Both the position numbers and the translations under genes were made by a program. Shown in pieces: positions 59,967-64,000 of a stretch of 64,000 bases of DNA. Source of the stretch: an uncultured Actinomycetota bacterium. GTDB taxonomy: Bacteria; Actinomycetota; Humimicrobiia; Humimicrobiales; Humimicrobiaceae. The notes beneath the pieces are model-generated. The model had not been told where the DNA came from, ran no database searches, and worked only from the letters and a program-made list of their open reading frames with translations. Numbering within the stretch: the stretch's first letter is position 1; the number at the start of each line of letters is the position of its first letter. Location of the stretch: NCBI GenBank assembly GCA_964601205.1, contig CAZRML010000020.1, forward strand, positions 2,291 through 66,290, in the 5' to 3' direction.

Positions 59967-60445
59967 GTAAACCAAAAAAGAAAAAAGATTCTGAAGAAGA
60001 TAAGAAAATAATTGCTCAAAATAAGAAAGCCTTAAGGGATTTTTTTATTTTAGATACTTACGAAGCCGGGATAGAACTGCAGGGATGTGAGGTAAAATCC
60101 ATTCGTAATCACAGGATAAATCTAAAGGATAGTTATAGCCGGATAAAAAAAAACCAGTTATTTCTTTATAATATGCATATATCACCCTACGATAAAAGCA
60201 GGGTCTCGGAAATAGACCCCACCCGCACGAGAAGACTTCTCATGCACAGAAAAGAAATAGACAGGATAGAAGGAAAGTTAACTGACAGAAGCCTGACACT
60301 GGTGCCATTAAAAGTATATTTTAAGAAAAATAGGGTCAAAGTTGAGCTTGCCCTGGTAAAAGGAAAATTAAAAAGAGATAAGCGCAGAGATATACAGAAA
60401 AAAGAGCAGGAGATTGAAATAAAAAGGGCTTTGAAAAATTATTAA
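59963..60445 (+). CDS. smpB: SsrA-binding protein
   Basis: NKKA..DF.I...EAGI.L.G.EVKSIR, R.R.LL.HRKEI, GK...DKR. Confidence 0.97.
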   Translation: MSKPKKKKDSEEDKKIIAQNKKALRDFFILDTYEAGIELQGCEVKSIRNHRINLKDSYSRIKKNQLFLYNMHISPYDKSRVSEIDPTRTRRLLMHRKEIDRIEGKLTDRSLTLVPLKVYFKKNRVKVELALVKGKLKRDKRRDIQKKEQEIEIKRALKNY

Positions 60446-60497
60446 TTTTAGTATAATATACAACCGGTGTTTAGAAGGATGCCTTCCCTGAGTTTAT

Positions 60498-60850
60498 GGG
60501 GGCGATCCGGGTTCGACGGTGATAGGTTGAGCTTAAATTGCAAGTCGAGTATCAGAACTCGTAAATAACTGAAATAAACATAAACGCTAATGATAATGAA
60601 TTAGCCTTAGCAGCTTAATATAAAGTTGCTACGTCTACGGAAAGTTTCCTGTGCTTTTCGATAGGCGCCGTTTAGCAGGATACCCTGATATGGCCCGCCT
60701 GCGGTAATATCAGGGGAAACATTACGCGGGCTGGCTTTTTTAATCGTGTCCACACGAGTAAAAAAGTGAGATTTAAAATATGGACTAAACTTGTAGATAT
60801 TTAAGTGGCGATATCTCCGGACGCGGGTTCGATTCCCGCCGCCTCCACCA
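60498..60850 (+). ncRNA. ssrA: transfer-messenger RNA; tag peptide ANDNELALAA (60586..60618)
   Basis: 5' GGGGGCG pairs with 3' CGCCTCC-ACCA; TTCGAC near the 5' end; T-arm GGTTCGATTCC; resume context ATAAAC-GCT; follows smpB. Confidence 0.97.
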
Positions 60851-60980
60851 TATTAACACCCGGAAATCCCATGGGTTCCATATGTTTTAGAATTAACCTT
60901 TGTGGGCTGAAAGTCCCAACTTTCATTCTGCTTGTGATCTACTTCGCCTACAGGGGGGAAAGAAAGGCATAAAAAGGCCC

Positions 60981-61010
60981 TTGACAAAATGAACGTGCAG
61001 GATTTATAAA
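60981..61010 (+). promoter_or_regulatory. possible sigma70 promoter
   Basis: TTGACA followed 18 nt later by TATAAA. Confidence 0.35.
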
Positions 61011-61228
61011 CTTTTTTGCGTGAAAAGAAATGTTCACCTATGTCTGTTGCCTCAGGGCAGGTTCTATTAAATTGAGTTTTAAATAAAAAACTTGCCAGAC
61101 TGTAAAGACTATATCTTTTTTAATTATAAAAGCAGATAATTTGATTTTGTTTGTATTTACTGTAATTAAATAATATTATTTTTTTAATAAAATCGTTAAA
61201 TTATTTATGCAGGGAAAGGAGAGATAAA

Positions 61229-61987
61229 ATGAAACTTAAAGACAAAGTGGCAATAGTGACCGGAGCAGCTTCTGGAATGGGAGAAGCTATAGCCCTTCTA
61301 TTTGCCAGGGAAGGGGCTAAGGTTATAGTATCTGATATTAATTTAAAAGGGGCCGAAAGGGTAGTCCAGGAAATAAAAGATGGTGGTGGAGAGGCTACAG
61401 CCATATTGACTGATGTTTCTAAGCAAGAGGATGTAGATAAAATGATAGAGGCTGTAGTAAGCAATTATGGCACTTTAGATATACTGGTAAATAATGCAGG
61501 TATAATGGATAATTTCATGCCTGCCGGGGAAGTTTCTGACAGGTTATGGGATAAAGTATTTGCAGTAAATGTAAAGGGTCCCATGATGGCCATCAGAAAA
61601 GCTCTGGGAATTTTTGCAGATAAGGAAAGCGGCAATATTATAAATATTGCTTCCCTGGGTGGAATCAGGGGAAGCAGGGCAGGCGCTGCTTATACTGCTT
61701 CAAAACATGCAATAGTAGGTTTAACTAAAAATGTTGGGTTCCAGTACGCTAAAAAGGGTATTAGATGCAATGCTATAGCTCCGGGAGCAGTAGAGACCAG
61801 TATCGGGGATACAATAACTGAACCAAGCCAATTCGGAATGGAAAGAGCCACCCTGGGCCAGAACCTTAACCCCAGGGCTGGAAAATCTGAAGAAATTGCT
61901 GCCGTAGCATTATTTCTAGCCAGTCAGGACTCCAGCTTTGTAAATGGAGCAGTAGTTATTGCAGATGGCGGTTGGGGCGCTTATTAG
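61229..61987 (+). CDS. classical short-chain dehydrogenase/reductase
   Basis: TGAASGMG, DILVNNAG, YTASK, NAIAPG, DGG; SD AAGGAG. Confidence 0.92.
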   Translation: MKLKDKVAIVTGAASGMGEAIALLFAREGAKVIVSDINLKGAERVVQEIKDGGGEATAILTDVSKQEDVDKMIEAVVSNYGTLDILVNNAGIMDNFMPAGEVSDRLWDKVFAVNVKGPMMAIRKALGIFADKESGNIINIASLGGIRGSRAGAAYTASKHAIVGLTKNVGFQYAKKGIRCNAIAPGAVETSIGDTITEPSQFGMERATLGQNLNPRAGKSEEIAAVALFLASQDSSFVNGAVVIADGGWGAY

Positions 61988-62054
61988 AAAATGTAGATTA
62001 CAGAAGCTTTAAAGTTTCTGGAGGATAATTAAGCTGGATAGGAACAGGCTGCAT

Positions 62055-62789
62055 TTAAGATATAATAATTTTCTGCAGGGTATCTGCATTTTCTACTGCA
62101 TAGCCGTGAACGTCATTGTTAAAAAATACATATAGGTCATACCCTTTTTTATGGTATTTAAGCGCTATCTCTGAAAAATTTTTTAGTTCTTCGTCTGTAT
62201 ATCTGGATGAGTACAGAGTTTTGCTGCCGTGCATTCTTATATAGCATACCTTTCCCGTAGCAACGTCATAAAAAGGAAAATCAGGTGAAGAATTAATTAC
62301 TATTCCGCAGTTATTATTATCCAGGAGTTCAAATATTTCATTATCAAACCAGGAGTCGTGCCTGAATTCAAAGACATATCTGTATTTATCCGGCAGAAGA
62401 GATAAAAATTTTTTTAATTTATTCTTATCTCTGTGCTGATTACCCGGCAGTTGGAATAAAAAAATTCCAAGCTTTTTACCGAGCTCTGTGGAATGGTCGA
62501 TCAGCCTTTTAACAGCATCATCACAATCATTTAATTTTTTAAGGTGAGTTATATACCTTGAAGCTTTAACAGAAAAGATAAAATTATCCGGGGTACTATA
62601 GTTCCAGTTCCGGAAGGTGTTTTTCCCGGGGAGCTGGTAAAAAGTATTGTTTATCTCAACTGAATTAAATTTTTTTGAATAATAATTAAGCCATTCTTTC
62701 TGAGACAATTCTTCAGGATAAAACTTTTTTTTCCAGCTTTTATAATTCCATCCCGATGTTCCTATAAAAATTTTTTGTTTATGACCCAT
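62055..62789 (-). CDS. DUF72 domain-containing protein
   Basis: IGTSGW.Y..W...FYP, VEIN.TFY..P, KASRYITH, FQLP, EFRH.SW, Y.R.HG, FFNND; ATG 62789 preferred over the track start 62819. Confidence 0.9.
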   Translation of the reverse strand: MGHKQKIFIGTSGWNYKSWKKKFYPEELSQKEWLNYYSKKFNSVEINNTFYQLPGKNTFRNWNYSTPDNFIFSVKASRYITHLKKLNDCDDAVKRLIDHSTELGKKLGIFLFQLPGNQHRDKNKLKKFLSLLPDKYRYVFEFRHDSWFDNEIFELLDNNNCGIVINSSPDFPFYDVATGKVCYIRMHGSKTLYSSRYTDEELKNFSEIALKYHKKGYDLYVFFNNDVHGYAVENADTLQKIIIS

Positions 62790-62796
62790 TATCAAA

Positions 62797-63372
62797 TTAT
62801 TTTTCTTCCAGGTCTTCAATAGTCTTATTGCTTAAAACCGAACGGGGCTCGTTTTTTAACGGGTTTCTACTGGAATCTGCGTATTTATCCTTCATTTTTA
62901 TCATGAGCCACCGGCGGTCGTTTTCCTGATTTTTCCCGGTTCTGATTAAGGCATATCCTCCCTTTAATTTTTCTCCATCAATAAAAATTTCCAATCTACC
63001 TTTCCGGTAAGCTTCTTCAAGAGATATGTCATCTTTGAGATTTTTATAGGTTCCATTATCCCAGACTATCACAGTTCCTGCCCCATACTGTCCGGCGGGG
63101 ATTATGCCTTCAAAATCAGCATAATCAATAGGGTGGTCTTCAGTGGGTACTGCAAGTTTCTTCTGTGAAGGGTTGGTGGAAGGCCCTTTGGGGATTGCCC
63201 AGGATTTAAGAACCCCGTTTAATTCCAGCCTTAAATCATAGTGCAGGTTGCGTGCCTTATGTTTCTGGACAACGTAGATAAGATTATTGCCTCTGCCTTT
63301 CTTTACTCTGGCTTCAGGCTCAACGGTTTTTCCAAAATCTCTTTTTTGTTTGTACTTATTTAGTTCATCCAT
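62797..63372 (-). CDS. standalone DNA ligase D 3'-phosphoesterase domain protein
   Basis: L..Y..KRDF..T.EP, VVQKH.A..LHYD.RLE..GVLKSWA.PKGPS, EDHP.DY..FEG.IP.GQYGAG.V.VWD.G. Confidence 0.9.
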   Translation of the reverse strand: MDELNKYKQKRDFGKTVEPEARVKKGRGNNLIYVVQKHKARNLHYDLRLELNGVLKSWAIPKGPSTNPSQKKLAVPTEDHPIDYADFEGIIPAGQYGAGTVIVWDNGTYKNLKDDISLEEAYRKGRLEIFIDGEKLKGGYALIRTGKNQENDRRWLMIKMKDKYADSSRNPLKNEPRSVLSNKTIEDLEEK

Positions 63373-63633
63373 AGAAATAATAAAAAATGATAATGTATTT
63401 GATATAATAATTTTTTCTATGTCTTAATTTTAGAAGCAATCAGGAATTTTAACAAGAATACAAATTTCTACAATATATTCCAGCAGTAAAAATTTTGTTA
63501 AAAGTAAAACTTAAAAAAAGAGGGTTTATGTGATATTTTAAATACAAAGATTTTTATAAAATTTTTTATGTAATTTATTAGTTTCTGCCGGTCTTCTTAT
63601 AGATAATTAGAAGCAGAAAGGCGAAGTAGCCTG

Positions 63634-64000
63634 ATGAAAGTTGAGCTAATTAAAAGGGTTAAGGAAACCAGGGATACATTTTCTTTTATTTTTAAGCCAG
63701 AAAGGGAAATATACTGGAAAGCAGGTCAGTTTGTTTTTTATAAGATACCCCGCAAAAATCCTGATAGCAGAGGTATAGAAAGGCATTTTACAATATCATC
63801 AGCACCTCACGAGAAAAATATTATGCTTACCACCAGGATTGATTTTAAGCAGGGCAGCTCTTTTAAAAGGACTCTTTACAATCTGGAGCCGGGTAGCATT
63901 GTTGAAGCATCTGATATCCAGGGTGATTTTATAGTTAAAAGTGAGAATAAAAAATTTGTTTTCATAGCCGGGGGTATAGGTGTTACTCCCTACCGTTCTA
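63634..64000 (+). CDS. ferredoxin-NADP+ reductase-like FAD-binding oxidoreductase, 5' part (runs off window)
   Basis: Hand translation MKVELIKRVKETRDTFSFIF...WKAGQF...RHFTISSAP...SSFK...GDF...FIAGGIGVTPYRS. Confidence 0.85.
   Translation, partial: MKVELIKRVKETRDTFSFIFKPEREIYWKAGQFVFYKIPRKNPDSRGIERHFTISSAPHEKNIMLTTRIDFKQGSSFKRTLYNLEPGSIVEASDIQGDFIVKSENKKFVFIAGGIGVTPYRS

Noticed and set aside
60851-61200. Prophage or integrative element at ssrA
   Set aside because: No integrase and no duplicate of the ssrA 3' end within the window; cannot be excluded beyond it
1-64000. CRISPR arrays, tRNA/rRNA genes, IS elements, inteins
   Set aside because: No regularly spaced repeats, cloverleafs other than the tmRNA ends, transposase motifs or intein-sized insertions were seen

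Overview
AT-rich bacterial chromosomal window with no CRISPR array, rRNA, tRNA or recognisable transposase/integrase. 1-32.5 kb is a large cell-envelope glycosylation locus. It holds rmlD (3' part), asnB, epimerases, a radical SAM protein, many GT2/GT4 enzymes, SMR/EamA and YbhN-type flippase candidates, and a DUF2723/TMEM260-like GT-C enzyme next to Ig-domain esterases. It also holds a tandemly duplicated unknown 4-TM protein / TolB-like propeller module. 32.7-39.8 kb carries an orphan Phd/YefM-like gene and a trpE-D-C-F-B-A operon that lacks trpG and is preceded by a candidate Trp leader-peptide attenuator. 40-50.4 kb encodes GDP-mannose/GDP-D-rhamnose synthesis plus ahcY and mtnA. 50.4-60.9 kb is comF-csp-hpf-secA-prfB (+1 frameshift without the usual internal SD)-ftsE-ftsX-M23-S41-smpB-ssrA. 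The end holds an SDR, DUF72, a standalone LigD phosphoesterase and a partial FNR-type reductase. Gene order suggests a deep-branching low-GC Actinomycetota (inference). The most promising candidate novel system is 8.9-21.5 kb: a putative TMEM260-like surface/protein glycosylation module whose members share an uncharacterised Ig-like domain, beside the duplicated membrane-protein/propeller unit. All family calls come from motif recognition by eye; no database searches were run.
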